Below are positions 1 to 10,393 of a stretch of 64,000 nt of DNA, one piece after another. The position numbers were made by a program, and so were the translations under genes. How positions within the stretch are numbered: the stretch's first letter is position 1; each line of letters begins with the position of its first letter. Source of the stretch: Chloroflexota bacterium (GTDB taxonomy: Bacteria; Chloroflexota; Anaerolineae; Aggregatilineales; J027); assembly GCA_024434115.1 (NCBI GenBank), contig QMIT01000003.1, positions 157,282-221,281 on the forward strand, given 5' to 3'. Below the pieces are notes generated by a model that did not search any database, had not been told where the DNA came from, and saw only the letters and a list, made by a program, of their open reading frames with translations.

Positions 1-112
1 GACGATCTACGTGAAAATCTACCCCTCGTAGGGCTTGGACATGACCAAAGAACTTATAGATACCTCGCATTTCAACCAGCGGGGTTTCTTTTGATGATTT
101 TCTACCACCCAT
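1..112 (-). CDS. sugar ABC transporter ATP-binding protein, N-terminal fragment (continues off window)
   Basis: Own translation from ATG at 112-110 gives MGGRKSSKETPLVEMRGIYKFFGHVQALRGVDFHVDR, a typical RbsA/XylG-type N-terminus. It starts 14 nt after the permease stop. Confidence 0.6.
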   Translation of the reverse strand, partial: MGGRKSSKETPLVEMRGIYKFFGHVQALRGVDFHVDR

Positions 113-126
113 TATTCGTCTCCCCT

Positions 127-2373
127 CTAGCTGCGAGATCGCTTAACCGTATTGTTCAAAACAACGGCCAAAATCATGATGACGCCGATCACGCCTTGGA
201 ACATACGTGAATCCATGCCGACCAGTACCAAACCAGTTCCAAGCATCCCAAAAATCAATACCCCCAGCATGGTTCCAATAATGCTGCCATAACCACCCGT
301 CAAGAGTGTCCCGCCAATTACGGTCATCGCAATCACGTCCAGTTCCCAAGTATTGCCTTTAAGGGGGTCAACACCGGGGTTACGCGCCACTTCCATAATT
401 CCAGCAAGGCCAGTCAAGAATGAGCAGAGGACAAAATTTAGCACTTTTACACGATTGACATTGATACCCTGTGCGCGGGCCGCCCCACGATTTCCACCTA
501 CAGCAAACACACTGTTCCCATAGCGGGTGCGGAAAAGGATAACTTGGAAAATGGCTGCCAGAATGACCCACCAAGCAATGGCATTCCGCAGATTTGCTTG
601 ATTAGGAATATTTATATGAACGAGGCCGCGAGTGACCTGCTCGCCCGTGAAGCGCCACTGACCATTTGCCACATCAAAAAAGCCGATTTTAAGGGGGCTA
701 TCCACATTACCAAAACGATCATAGGCTGCTGCAAACAGCAAAGCGATCAACAGGCCAAGCGCCACCGAAACCGCGATATTCAGCCAGCCACGCTCTTGAA
801 GATAGGACCTTACCGGAATTACTTCCATTTTCTCCCCAACAACCGCCACCTGCTGACGGGCCAAACGATACTGGTGGAATGTAACAAACGTCAAATGAAT
901 AAAAGCGAGACCTGCGATCACAATCAAAATCGGCAAAGATTCGTCAGGATCGCTTAGGCTCAGTTTAAGGTTGTAGACCTTTATAATCAGTGCAAATATT
1001 GCAATCCATAAAATGGAGATGCTCACGCCAGTGGGAATGCTATAGGCCTCACCGGGTTTTATTTTGCGCCATGTCGGGAACAGATTAATGGCAGCAATGA
1101 CCCCCGCACCAGCTAAACCCAACACAATCGCTAACCAGAAATCGCCTTTGCCGAGGGTGTCGCCGAGGTGGACCCGTTCTAAATGATAATAGGCGACCAA
1201 CGCCAGCCATGCAAAAACGATTGCAAGCGCCGCCGCAGAAATGGCCGACCAGATCGTCACACCCAATGCAATCACTGATCCTAATTCACGGTCTTTGATA
1301 TTCGACCACGCCTTCAAGGTACGACGCCAATATTGAGGTATGGCTTGGGCGGCAGTGACCAGAACAAGGACACCCCCAATAATTGCTAGGGTAGCAATCG
1401 CCCATCGGCTAATGTGTACCTGCGGAAACTCAGCAGGGGGAGGGAAATAATCCCGATAGCGCAAAATGCGTCCACCGCCGATAAAAACAAGAGAAATTGC
1501 ACGATAGGCAAACAGTGTACCTAATGTCACAATAAAGGAGGGGATCTTGGTCGAGACCAATAGAATCCCGTTGATGAGGCCCATGACACAGGCACAGATT
1601 AAGGCAAGAATCGCTGCGACGACGGTGGGTTGTTGTTCGAAACTGAGGGGGCCAATTCCTTGAAAGCCCTCGCCCATAAAAATCATATAGGCCATCGCCG
1701 TGACACCCAATACCGAACCTACCGACAAATCAAATTCGCCTGAAATCATCAGGGTGGTGATGCCGATAGCGATAATGCCCTTACTTGCGTTGTTGCTCAA
1801 AATTGAGGCAATCGAGGTGGTCTCAAGAAACAAGTCCGATGCCATACTAAAGCCCATTAGGATTACGATCAAGCCAATAATCGCGCCCGCGCTGGGAGAT
1901 TCCGCAAGCTGAATACGCAACCGCTGATCGGGGGTGTAACTTGATCCCTGCACAGCAAAACGATAGACCACTGCGCTGAGGCAAAAACCGACAAAGCCAA
2001 TGATGACACGTTCAAGATTAAGGGTATCGGTCTGGGTAGCCCCGAGAATGGCACTCATGGCGATGGCAAAGCCAACCAAAAGGCTGACAAAGGCCATCCA
2101 TTGTAACCATGCCCAACTTGCTCGCTCGCGCTGAATCAGTCCCCACGCAGTGCGTAGCGCTCCAATGCCTAACAAGGCAGCACCGATGGCGACAGCCCAT
2201 TCATTGAAATTGATATCACGGCGGCTGATATTGGCACGATCCCCGAGGGCAATCCAACCAGTGAGTATGAGAAGGGCCACAGCTAGATAAGCTAGACCAA
2301 GTCCTCCCATAATGAGGGTGTAGAATCGCCCGGATTGGGCGTTTGATTGACGGTTTTCAAAATAGGCCTGCAT
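127..2373 (-). CDS. ribose/xylose-type ABC permease (BPD_transp_2 family), expanded to 748 aa by an N-terminal extension and a large internal insertion
   Basis: The RbsC-like segments GIIAIGITTLMISGEFDLSVGS and RTRYGNSVFAVGGNRGAARAQGINVNRVKV...ELDVIAMTVIGGTLLTGGYGSIIGT are present but separated by about 300 extra residues. ATG start at 2373. Confidence 0.8.
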   Translation of the reverse strand: MQAYFENRQSNAQSGRFYTLIMGGLGLAYLAVALLILTGWIALGDRANISRRDINFNEWAVAIGAALLGIGALRTAWGLIQRERASWAWLQWMAFVSLLVGFAIAMSAILGATQTDTLNLERVIIGFVGFCLSAVVYRFAVQGSSYTPDQRLRIQLAESPSAGAIIGLIVILMGFSMASDLFLETTSIASILSNNASKGIIAIGITTLMISGEFDLSVGSVLGVTAMAYMIFMGEGFQGIGPLSFEQQPTVVAAILALICACVMGLINGILLVSTKIPSFIVTLGTLFAYRAISLVFIGGGRILRYRDYFPPPAEFPQVHISRWAIATLAIIGGVLVLVTAAQAIPQYWRRTLKAWSNIKDRELGSVIALGVTIWSAISAAALAIVFAWLALVAYYHLERVHLGDTLGKGDFWLAIVLGLAGAGVIAAINLFPTWRKIKPGEAYSIPTGVSISILWIAIFALIIKVYNLKLSLSDPDESLPILIVIAGLAFIHLTFVTFHQYRLARQQVAVVGEKMEVIPVRSYLQERGWLNIAVSVALGLLIALLFAAAYDRFGNVDSPLKIGFFDVANGQWRFTGEQVTRGLVHINIPNQANLRNAIAWWVILAAIFQVILFRTRYGNSVFAVGGNRGAARAQGINVNRVKVLNFVLCSFLTGLAGIMEVARNPGVDPLKGNTWELDVIAMTVIGGTLLTGGYGSIIGTMLGVLIFGMLGTGLVLVGMDSRMFQGVIGVIMILAVVLNNTVKRSRS

Positions 2374-2468
2374 TTTAAACTCTTCTTAAAGGCACAAAAT
2401 TTTGTCTATTAAAGACGGACGGAGCATTACGCCCCGCCCGTTTACTGACTGAAAATTACGTTTACGAA

Positions 2469-3458
2469 TTAACGATAGCCAGCGGCGGTCAATTCAATGA
2501 TCGCGTCAACATTGCTACCATCAATGACGCCGGGGCCGGTCAGAATGTCACCACCGGGGGCGAGGGCATAGCGGCTGTTCAGATACAACCACATAATGGT
2601 TTCAAAGCCTTGCAGGTAGGGCTGTTGATCAATCGCCTGCAATAGATACCCATCTTTGATCATCTGATAGATTTCAGAACTGGTGTCGTGCGTGGTTGCA
2701 TAGATTTCACGCGGGGCGCGACCAGCTTCTTGTAGATACAGATTGAAGGAACCAGCAGGGGTTGGGCCAAGGAAGAACGCGGCATTGGTGTCGGGGTTAG
2801 CCGTGAAGTAGTCCGCCAACACACCAGCACTCTCGGTTCCATCGTTGCTGATGGTCAGGCCGTCCAACGGAATGCCAGCTTCTTCAAAGACACTGCGGAC
2901 ACCCGCGCAACGGGCTTCCAAACCACTGTGACCCACTTCTTGGATGGGGCACACACCGCGATTAATGGTGACGCCGTCCGCCGCAGCCTCCGCCAGAACG
3001 CGGGTCGCATTGGAACGTCCACCGAGGAATTCGTTCGCGCCGATGTAGAACAAGATGGGCAGGGCTTGGTCGGTACCAGCATTGGGGTCGGCGGTGTTGA
3101 AGGCAATCACGGGGATGCCAGCTTCGGCAGCGCGACCCACCGCGTCACGGATCACTTCAGGATTAGGAACGGTAGTGCCAATACCATCGGGATTAGCCGC
3201 GAGTGCATCGTCCCAGTAACCAGCCATGTCATCTACATTGTCCACTGGGTCGGCAAGCCAAGCGCAGTCCGCACCGAGGATAGCACAAGCATCTTCCATA
3301 CCCTTGATCACGACGATCCAGAAGGGATTCCCGACACCGCCGTGCGACACCATACGGAAGACATCTTGGTCATCTTGGGCGCTTGAGGCCCCTACGGTGG
3401 CAATCAAAAGACCTACTACTAACAAAATAACGGGGGCAATACGTCTAGCTCTACGCAT
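2469..3458 (-). CDS. sugar ABC transporter substrate-binding protein (RbsB/XylF-like periplasmic binding protein)
   Basis: N-terminal signal/TM (RRIAPVILLVVGLLIATVGASSAQ). Type I periplasmic-binding-protein-like sequence. Located upstream of the permease and ATPase. Confidence 0.85.
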   Translation of the reverse strand: MRRARRIAPVILLVVGLLIATVGASSAQDDQDVFRMVSHGGVGNPFWIVVIKGMEDACAILGADCAWLADPVDNVDDMAGYWDDALAANPDGIGTTVPNPEVIRDAVGRAAEAGIPVIAFNTADPNAGTDQALPILFYIGANEFLGGRSNATRVLAEAAADGVTINRGVCPIQEVGHSGLEARCAGVRSVFEEAGIPLDGLTISNDGTESAGVLADYFTANPDTNAAFFLGPTPAGSFNLYLQEAGRAPREIYATTHDTSSEIYQMIKDGYLLQAIDQQPYLQGFETIMWLYLNSRYALAPGGDILTGPGVIDGSNVDAIIELTAAGYR

Positions 3459-3780
3459 TTAAAAGTTCTCCTTACGGGCTAAGATGTTTATTTTTTGTAG
3501 GCATAACTAAAAACGATCGGAGGGTTTTACCGATGATGCACACCTACTAGTAATTAGTTCGGCCTCACAACAAAATTCTTGTAGACTGGGAAATCATCAG
3601 CTACACTGTATACTATATACTAATCTTGGCATTTTTGCACAAACTTTTTTTCCATCTAATTTGTAAAGATTTTGTCAATGGAAATTCAGTTCGTCGTAAG
3701 GTCTTATCATTCTTCATCTCTGTCGTGTTACCTACCTCGTCAGATGAATATCAATTTACTCAGTTTCAAGGAGCGATACA

Positions 3781-4947
3781 ATGGCTAATTATGACCCACG
3801 TCCCGAACACAAATTCACCTTCGGGCTTTGGACTGTCGGCAATACTGGACGTGACCCGTTTGGTCTGCCCGTCCGCAATGCCTTGGCCCCTCATGAACTC
3901 GTTCATGTGCTCGCCGAAGTAGGGGCATATGGCGTTAACTTCCATGACAACGACCTCATCCCAATTGATGCAACTCCCTCCGAGCGCGACCAAATCTTGA
4001 AAGATTTCCGCGCTGCCCTCAACGCGACGGGTCTAAAAGTCCCAATGGCGACGACCAATCTGTTCCACGATCCAGCTTTCAAGGACGGCGCGTTCACATC
4101 GAATGACCCCAATGTACGCGCCTATGCTCTGCAAAAAACCATGCACGCGATTGATTTAGGGGCATCGTTGGGCGCAGGCATCTACGTATTTTGGGGTGGT
4201 CGTGAAGGGACAGAAACCGATGCCAGCAAGAATCCACTTGATGCTGGCAAACGCTTCCGCGAAGCGCTCAACTTCCTATGCAATTATGTTAAAGATCAGG
4301 GCTATGATCTAAAGTTCGCATTGGAAGCCAAACCCAATGAGCCGCGTTCGGATATTTATCTGCCAACGACGGGTGCGATGCTTGGGTTTATCGCCACGCT
4401 TGATTATCCAGAGATGGTCGGCGTCAATCCCGAAGTGGCACATGAACATATGGCCGGACTGAATTTTATGCACGCCGTTGCCCAAGCGTGGGATGCAGGC
4501 AAACTGTTCCATATTGACCTGAATGACCAAAAATTTGGGCGCTATGACCAAGATTTTCGTTTTGGGGCCGATATGCTGAAGCAGGCGTTCTTCCTAGTCA
4601 AGTTCCTAGAGGATGTAGGGTATACAGGTAGCCGCCACTTTGATGCTCACGCCTATCGAACCGAAGACTACGTTGGGGTGAAGGATTTCGCGGTGGGCTG
4701 TATGCGAACCTATCTCATTTTGAAAGAAAAGGCGCAGCGGTTTAATCAAGATAAAGAAATTCAGGCCCTGTTAGCCGAAATTAATGCCGACAACGGGCAT
4801 TTCAACTATTTGGCAGGCGGTTATAGTCGAGATAAAGCCAATCGTCTAAAGGGCGAATCCTTTGATCGTCCGGCCCTCGGCGCACGCGGATTAGGTTATG
4901 AGCGACTGGATCAACTCACCGTTGAAGTGTTGTTGGGTGTGCGGTAG
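3781..4947 (+). CDS. xylA: xylose isomerase (class I, actinobacterial/Thermus type)
   Basis: 388 aa. N-terminus [28 protein letters not shown], plus FHDNDL and FEAKPNEPR-type blocks characteristic of class I XylA. RBS-like AAGGAG lies upstream. Confidence 0.95.
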   Translation: MANYDPRPEHKFTFGLWTVGNTGRDPFGLPVRNALAPHELVHVLAEVGAYGVNFHDNDLIPIDATPSERDQILKDFRAALNATGLKVPMATTNLFHDPAFKDGAFTSNDPNVRAYALQKTMHAIDLGASLGAGIYVFWGGREGTETDASKNPLDAGKRFREALNFLCNYVKDQGYDLKFALEAKPNEPRSDIYLPTTGAMLGFIATLDYPEMVGVNPEVAHEHMAGLNFMHAVAQAWDAGKLFHIDLNDQKFGRYDQDFRFGADMLKQAFFLVKFLEDVGYTGSRHFDAHAYRTEDYVGVKDFAVGCMRTYLILKEKAQRFNQDKEIQALLAEINADNGHFNYLAGGYSRDKANRLKGESFDRPALGARGLGYERLDQLTVEVLLGVR

Positions 4948-4949
4948 TC

Positions 4950-6437
4950 ATGCGCTATCTGCTTGGCCTCGACATTAGTACCACCGGGGCGAAGGCGTTG
5001 CTGATTGACGAAAAAGGGGAAGTGGTGGCAAGTCACACCACTCCTCAACCCATCAGCACCCCCAAGCCATTGTGGAGTGAACAGAATCCTGCCGATTGGT
5101 GGGAGGGCATGGTACTGGCGATTCGGGCGGTGCTGCAAAAAACGAATGCCGCCGATTCGATTGCCGCGATTGGCCTGACCGGACAAATGCACGGATTGGT
5201 TTGCCTAGATCGGGATGGCAATGTTTTGCGCCCTGCCATCTTATGGAACGACCAACGCACCCAAGCCGAGTGTGATTGGATTACGGAGACCATTGGGCCA
5301 AAGCGCCTGATTCAGTTGACTGGTAATCGCGCCCTGACAGGATTCACAGCGCCCAAAATTATCTGGGTGCGTAATCATGAGCCACAGGTTTATGACAAAA
5401 TGGCCCATGTCCTGCTGCCCAAAGATTTCATCCGCTACAAACTGACAGGCGACTACGCCACCGATTTGGCGGATGGGGCAGGGATGGTGTTGGTGGATGT
5501 CGCCAACCGCCGCTGGTCAGATGCGGTGTTGACCGAATTGGATATCCCCGCCGAATGGATGCCGACTCTCTATGAAGGCACGCAGGTTACGGGGGTAATC
5601 AACTCGGCCGCCGCCCAGTTGACCGGATTAAAAGAAGGTATACCTGTCGTAGGTGGGGGTGGCGACCAAGCAGCGCAGGCTTTCGGCGTTGGGGCGGTGA
5701 CTCCCGGTGTCATCGCGCTGACGGTGGGCACATCGGGTGTGGTTTTTGCCCCGCTTGGCAGCTATGCCTATGAACCCGAAGGTCGTTTACACGCTTTTTG
5801 TCATGCCGCCCCCGGTCTATGGCATTTTATGGGGGTGATGCTCTCCGCTGCGGGCAGTTTGCAGTGGTATCACGATACCCTTGCGCCAGACACCAGTTTT
5901 GATGCGTTAATTAATGAGGCCGCCAACGTCATCCCCGGCAGCGAGGGCTTGCAGTTTTTACCCTACCTGACAGGGGAACGCACCCCACATCCCGACCCAT
6001 TGGCACGCGGCGGATTTATTGGACTAACGGCCCGCCACAACCGTGCCCATCTGACCCATGCCGTACTGGAAGGGGTCGCATTTGGCCTACGGGACAGCTT
6101 TGAGTTGATTAAGCAGAGCGCGGCGGGCCGCGATATTCAGCAAGTTCGGATTAGCGGCGGCGGTGCTAAGAGTCCTATCTGGCGTCAAATCATGGCCGAT
6201 GTGCTGAATGTGCCACTCGTGAGCGTTGAGGCCCTTGAAGGGGCGGCATATGGGGCTGCTCTACTGGCAGGTGTCGGAGCAGGTATTTGGGAAGATGCAC
6301 AAAAAGCCGCTTCGGTAGTACATTTAGGGGAAGAAACACTGCCGGGTGAAAATGTAAAGGCTTATGAAGATGCCTATCAGATTTACCGGACATTGTATCC
6401 CTTACTTACAAACACCTTTAAGGAGTTGGCAAATTGA
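4950..6437 (+). CDS. xylB: xylulokinase (FGGY family)
   Basis: 495 aa. [20 protein letters not shown] start and [17 protein letters not shown]-terminal FGGY motif. Begins 2 nt after the xylA stop. Confidence 0.9.
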   Translation: MRYLLGLDISTTGAKALLIDEKGEVVASHTTPQPISTPKPLWSEQNPADWWEGMVLAIRAVLQKTNAADSIAAIGLTGQMHGLVCLDRDGNVLRPAILWNDQRTQAECDWITETIGPKRLIQLTGNRALTGFTAPKIIWVRNHEPQVYDKMAHVLLPKDFIRYKLTGDYATDLADGAGMVLVDVANRRWSDAVLTELDIPAEWMPTLYEGTQVTGVINSAAAQLTGLKEGIPVVGGGGDQAAQAFGVGAVTPGVIALTVGTSGVVFAPLGSYAYEPEGRLHAFCHAAPGLWHFMGVMLSAAGSLQWYHDTLAPDTSFDALINEAANVIPGSEGLQFLPYLTGERTPHPDPLARGGFIGLTARHNRAHLTHAVLEGVAFGLRDSFELIKQSAAGRDIQQVRISGGGAKSPIWRQIMADVLNVPLVSVEALEGAAYGAALLAGVGAGIWEDAQKAASVVHLGEETLPGENVKAYEDAYQIYRTLYPLLTNTFKELAN

Positions 6438-7339
6438 GCAAAATCCAGATCGCCAATGCTCCATGTTCGTGGGGCATCATCGAAATTGGGCCAAAAGGGG
6501 AAACCGTTGGGTACACCCAAATGCTGGATGAGATGCAAGAATCTGGTTATGCCGGAACGGAATTGGGGGATTGGGGGGTTATGCCCACCGATCCCGCCAA
6601 ATTACGCTCTGAATTGGCAGCCCGCAATCTGAGCCTGATGGCGGCCTTTGTTCCCGTCGCGCTTATTCATCCTGAAAAACATACCAAAGGGGAAGAGATC
6701 GCCCTGCGCACCGCTGGATTGTTAGCGGCAACAGCAGGAGAACAATGCTTCATTGTGCTGTCCGATGACAACGCCGCCGACCCCAATCGCACGCTGAAAG
6801 CTGGGCGGATTCAACCGGAAGATGGCCTTAATGAAGATCAATGGAAAATCGCCGCCGATGGAGCGAACCGTATTGCACAAATCGTCAATCGGGAGACGGG
6901 ATTACGCACGGTGTTTCATCATCATTCGGCGGGCTACGTGGAAACTCCCGCCGAGACAGCCAGATTTTTAGAATTGACAGACCCACAGGTGGTGGGGTTG
7001 TGTTTCGATACAGGCCACTATGCTTTTGCGGGGGGCGATCCGCTGCAAGGGCTACGCGAACATCGCAGTCGGATTTGGCATGTCCATTTTAAAGATTGCG
7101 AACCGAACATTGCTGATCGTTCGCGCCGTGAAGGATGGGAATACTTCAAGACCGTCGGGCATGGGGTTTACTGCGAATTAGGCAAGGGTATGGTAGATTT
7201 TCCTGCCATCGTTGCAGAATTACAGGCTACTGACTACGACGGGTGGATCGTGGTCGAACAAGATGTACTGCCGGGGATGGGTGCGCCTTTGGAAAGCGCC
7301 AAACGAAATCGGGAATACTTACACAGCATTGGTCTTTAA
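6434..7339 (+). CDS. sugar phosphate isomerase/epimerase TIM-barrel protein, probably inosose dehydratase (IolE-like)
   Basis: 301 aa xylose-isomerase-like TIM barrel (ANAPCSWG..., [12 protein letters not shown]). TTG start overlaps the xylB stop, with AAGGAG 10 nt upstream. Context: iolG/iolB/iolC follow. Confidence 0.6.
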   Translation: MSKIQIANAPCSWGIIEIGPKGETVGYTQMLDEMQESGYAGTELGDWGVMPTDPAKLRSELAARNLSLMAAFVPVALIHPEKHTKGEEIALRTAGLLAATAGEQCFIVLSDDNAADPNRTLKAGRIQPEDGLNEDQWKIAADGANRIAQIVNRETGLRTVFHHHSAGYVETPAETARFLELTDPQVVGLCFDTGHYAFAGGDPLQGLREHRSRIWHVHFKDCEPNIADRSRREGWEYFKTVGHGVYCELGKGMVDFPAIVAELQATDYDGWIVVEQDVLPGMGAPLESAKRNREYLHSIGL

Positions 7340-7364
7340 ATTTTAAACTTAAGGAGAGAACGGG

Positions 7365-8375
7365 ATGAGCCTTAGAGTTGGGGTCATCGGCGCAGGGCGT
7401 ATTGGCAAGCTCCACGCCGAGAATTTAGTTTATCGTGTTCCCGAAGCCGAAGTATTGGCGATTGCCGATGTCAACAAAGCAGCGGCAGAAGAATGTGCCA
7501 AGCGGTTGAAAATCCCCACAGCGACGGGCAGGTATCAAGATATTATAGAGAATCCAGCAATTGAAGCCGTACTGATTTGTTCCTCCACCGATACCCACTC
7601 CCAAATTATTGAAGAGTCAGCAGCGGCGGGCAAACATATTTTTTGCGAAAAACCGATTGATTCTGATCTTAAACGCATTGAACATGCCCTTAAAGCGGTT
7701 GAAAAAGCAGGCGTAAAATTGCAGATTGGCTTCAACCGCCGCTTCGATCCCAATTTTCGCCATGTACGGGAACAAGTAGTAGCAGGTAAAATCGGCGAAC
7801 CTGCCATCTTGCGAATTACCAGCCGCGACCCTGCTCCACCTCCCATTGAATATGTCAAAGTATCTGGCGGCATCTTCCTCGACATGACCATTCATGACTT
7901 CGACATGGCCCGCTACTTGATTGGCAGTGAGGTGGTGGAAGTTTACGCGGTTGGCGGCGTAACGGTTGACCCAGCCATTGGCGCAGCCGGAGACGTGGAC
8001 ACCGTGGTGATTACATTGAAGTTTGCCAACGGGGTCATCGGTACGATTGATAACTGCCGTCGTGCAGTCTATGGTTATGACCAGCGTATCGAGGTCTTTG
8101 GCTCGGCAGGATGCTTGGTCGCGGCAAATAACACCCCGCATAATGTCACCTTGAGTAATGGTGATGCGGTGATTAACGCCAAACCCCTCTGGTTCTTCTT
8201 GGAACGCTATACCGAATCGTTTGTCGAAGAAATGCGCCAATTTATCGCCGCCGTTACGAAAAATGAACCGATACCTGTCACCGGGCGTGATGGCCTTACC
8301 CCGGTCATCATGGGTATGGCTGCCAAAAAATCACTAAGTGAAGGTCGGCCAGTCAAATTGAGCGAGATAAGCTGA
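7365..8375 (+). CDS. iolG: inositol 2-dehydrogenase (Gfo/Idh/MocA family)
   Basis: MSLRVGVIGAGRIGKLHAENL Rossmann start and FCEKP motif. Lies in the iol gene context. Confidence 0.7.
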   Translation: MSLRVGVIGAGRIGKLHAENLVYRVPEAEVLAIADVNKAAAEECAKRLKIPTATGRYQDIIENPAIEAVLICSSTDTHSQIIEESAAAGKHIFCEKPIDSDLKRIEHALKAVEKAGVKLQIGFNRRFDPNFRHVREQVVAGKIGEPAILRITSRDPAPPPIEYVKVSGGIFLDMTIHDFDMARYLIGSEVVEVYAVGGVTVDPAIGAAGDVDTVVITLKFANGVIGTIDNCRRAVYGYDQRIEVFGSAGCLVAANNTPHNVTLSNGDAVINAKPLWFFLERYTESFVEEMRQFIAAVTKNEPIPVTGRDGLTPVIMGMAAKKSLSEGRPVKLSEIS

Positions 8376-9250
8376 TGCGATATACAGCAGAAACGATGCT
8401 AGTGCGGGCCAAACCAGACCCGCACTTTTTGAATAAGATCACCGCCGATGAAGCCGGATGGGAATACCTCAATATGGAAGTGCGGCGTTTTTCGGCGGGA
8501 CAAACGTGGCAGCACGATACCAGTTCCAATGAGGCCGCGCTGGTCATTCTAGGTGGTCAATGCCGCATTGAATCGGTGCATGGCACATGGGAAAAAGTAG
8601 GACGGCGACCCGACGTATTTAGTGGAATGCCGTATGCCGCCTATTTTTCGCGCCATAGCCAATTTCAAGTGACCGCCCTCACCGATGAATTAGAAATCGC
8701 GCATGGCTGGGTTAAGACGGATGAAGATCACCCGGCCCGCCTGATTACGCCAGATGATTCCCCTATCGAAATTCGCGGTGGGAACAATGCAACCCGTCAG
8801 ATTAATGGCATTATTCCACCCGGTTTCGACTGCCATCGTCTTATCGTGGTCGAAGTCTATACGCCGGGGGGGAATTGGAGTAGCTATCCGCCCCATAAAC
8901 ATGATGTCCATCGGGTGGACACGCAGGGCAATATCATCGAAGCTGACCTTGAGGAAATCTACTATTACAAGCTAGACAAGCCAGAAGGATTTGCTTTTCA
9001 GCGGGTCTATAACGACAGCCGTAGCATTGATGCCGTCATGACCGCCCAAGATAACGATATTGTGTTGGTTCCAGAGGGGTATCACCCTGTCAGCGCCGCT
9101 TATGGCTACAACTGCTACTATCTGAATATTCTGGCAGGATCGGCGCAGTCATTAGCGAATTCTGACGATCCGGCACATGTGTGGGCCAAAACGACATGGA
9201 CAATGCCAGACCCACGCCTGCCACTGGTCACTCATGCGATGGAAAGGTAG
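8375..9250 (+). CDS. iolB: 5-deoxy-glucuronate isomerase (KduI/IolB family)
   Basis: 291 aa cupin with GGNWSSYPPHKHD and EEIYYYK blocks. ATG overlaps the iolG stop (ATGA-type overlap). Confidence 0.85.
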   Translation: MRYTAETMLVRAKPDPHFLNKITADEAGWEYLNMEVRRFSAGQTWQHDTSSNEAALVILGGQCRIESVHGTWEKVGRRPDVFSGMPYAAYFSRHSQFQVTALTDELEIAHGWVKTDEDHPARLITPDDSPIEIRGGNNATRQINGIIPPGFDCHRLIVVEVYTPGGNWSSYPPHKHDVHRVDTQGNIIEADLEEIYYYKLDKPEGFAFQRVYNDSRSIDAVMTAQDNDIVLVPEGYHPVSAAYGYNCYYLNILAGSAQSLANSDDPAHVWAKTTWTMPDPRLPLVTHAMER

Positions 9251-10279
9251 ATGGGCATGACGAATCAGCCAAACCGTACCTATGACCTTTTGACGATGGG
9301 GCGCAGTTCTATTGACCTGTACGCCAACGATGTTGGGGCGAAATTTGTGGATATTCAAAGTTTCGCAGCCTATGTCGGGGGCTGCCCCACCAATATCAGT
9401 GTTGGGACACGGCGCTTGGGAGTACGTTCGGCCTTGCTGACAGGTGTTGGTGAAGACCCCGTTGGTGATTTCATACTCAATTTTCTGAAGAATGAAGGAG
9501 TGGAGACGCGCTTTATCGTGCGGAAACCCGGCAAACGCAGCAGCGCCGTTGTTTTGGGCATTGAACCACCCGATAAATTCCCCCTAGTCTACTATCGGGA
9601 TAACTGCGCTGACATCGAACTGACGATTGATGACGTCTTAGCCGCACCCATCGCCGACAGTCGCGCCCTTGTCATTTCGGGAACAGGTCTCAGCAAAGAA
9701 CCTAGCCGCAGTGCCACTATTTTCGCCGCCGAATTAGCGAAGGCCGCTGGCACAAACGTTTATCTAGATATTGATTTTCGCCCTGACCAATGGCATGACC
9801 TCCGTGCTTTTGGTGTGACCATTCGCTCCGTATTGCGCCTTGTAGATGTGGCGATTGGCACGGAAGATGAGGTAAAAGCCGCCATCATCAGTGAGGCCGG
9901 TCAAGTCACCGTCAAGGATTTGCAGGTCTCTGGTGCGGAGGTCAAAGGCAATGTACAGCAGGCCATCCAGACGTTATTGGCAGGCGGACCACAGGCGTTG
10001 GCCGTCAAACGTGGGGCGCATGGGGCCGCCATTCATCTTGCTAATGGGGATGTGATTGACGCACCCGGCTTCCCCGTCGAAATCTATAATGTTTTGGGAG
10101 CGGGGGATGCCTTTGCCAGCGGGTTTATCTATGGACGCTTAAAAGGCTGGGACTGGTATCAAGCGGGGCGCATGGGTAATGCTGCCGGGGCGATTGTAGT
10201 GACTCGGCATGGTTGCGCGAATTTTATGCCCTACGAGCAAGAGGCGTTGGATTTTGTCCAAGCGCGTGGTGGATTTTAG
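9251..10279 (+). CDS. iolC: 5-dehydro-2-deoxygluconokinase (PfkB family)
   Basis: YDLLTMGRSSIDLYAN...YVGGCPTNISVG N-terminus and GAGDAFASGF PfkB motif. Directly follows iolB. Confidence 0.85.
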   Translation: MGMTNQPNRTYDLLTMGRSSIDLYANDVGAKFVDIQSFAAYVGGCPTNISVGTRRLGVRSALLTGVGEDPVGDFILNFLKNEGVETRFIVRKPGKRSSAVVLGIEPPDKFPLVYYRDNCADIELTIDDVLAAPIADSRALVISGTGLSKEPSRSATIFAAELAKAAGTNVYLDIDFRPDQWHDLRAFGVTIRSVLRLVDVAIGTEDEVKAAIISEAGQVTVKDLQVSGAEVKGNVQQAIQTLLAGGPQALAVKRGAHGAAIHLANGDVIDAPGFPVEIYNVLGAGDAFASGFIYGRLKGWDWYQAGRMGNAAGAIVVTRHGCANFMPYEQEALDFVQARGGF

Positions 10280-10283
10280 ATTA

Positions 10284-10377
10284 GGAGTGGCTCGTCTAAG
10301 GGTAAGGACTTACTCAATAAGAGGATGAATATCGGTATTTGAGGGTAGAATGGGGTTCGAGTCCCCACCACTCCACC
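10284..10377 (+). ncRNA. tRNA-like element (class-II-length pseudo-tRNA or atypical tRNA); anticodon arm not canonical
   Basis: GGAGTGG (10284-10290) pairs perfectly with CCACTCC (10368-10374). Canonical T arm TGGGG-TTCGAGT-CCCCA (10351-10367). D arm GTC-TAAGGGTAAG-GAC contains the conserved GG. Discriminator A is followed by CC. No clean 5-bp anticodon stem with a 7-nt loop could be drawn. Confidence 0.35.
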
Positions 10378-10393
10378 TTTATCTAAAATCGCA

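Noticed and set aside
3626-3993. ORFs of 98 aa and 75 aa spanning the xylA upstream region and start.
   Set aside because: They overlap the xylA start in other frames. xylA has a proper RBS and a full-length homologous N-terminus.
7617-8240. A 207-aa minus-strand ORF inside iolG, and similar antisense ORFs in xylB, GH65, GH16 and the SBP gene (28367-29050).
   Set aside because: They are opposite strongly supported genes, and no start or RBS context or family resemblance is seen.
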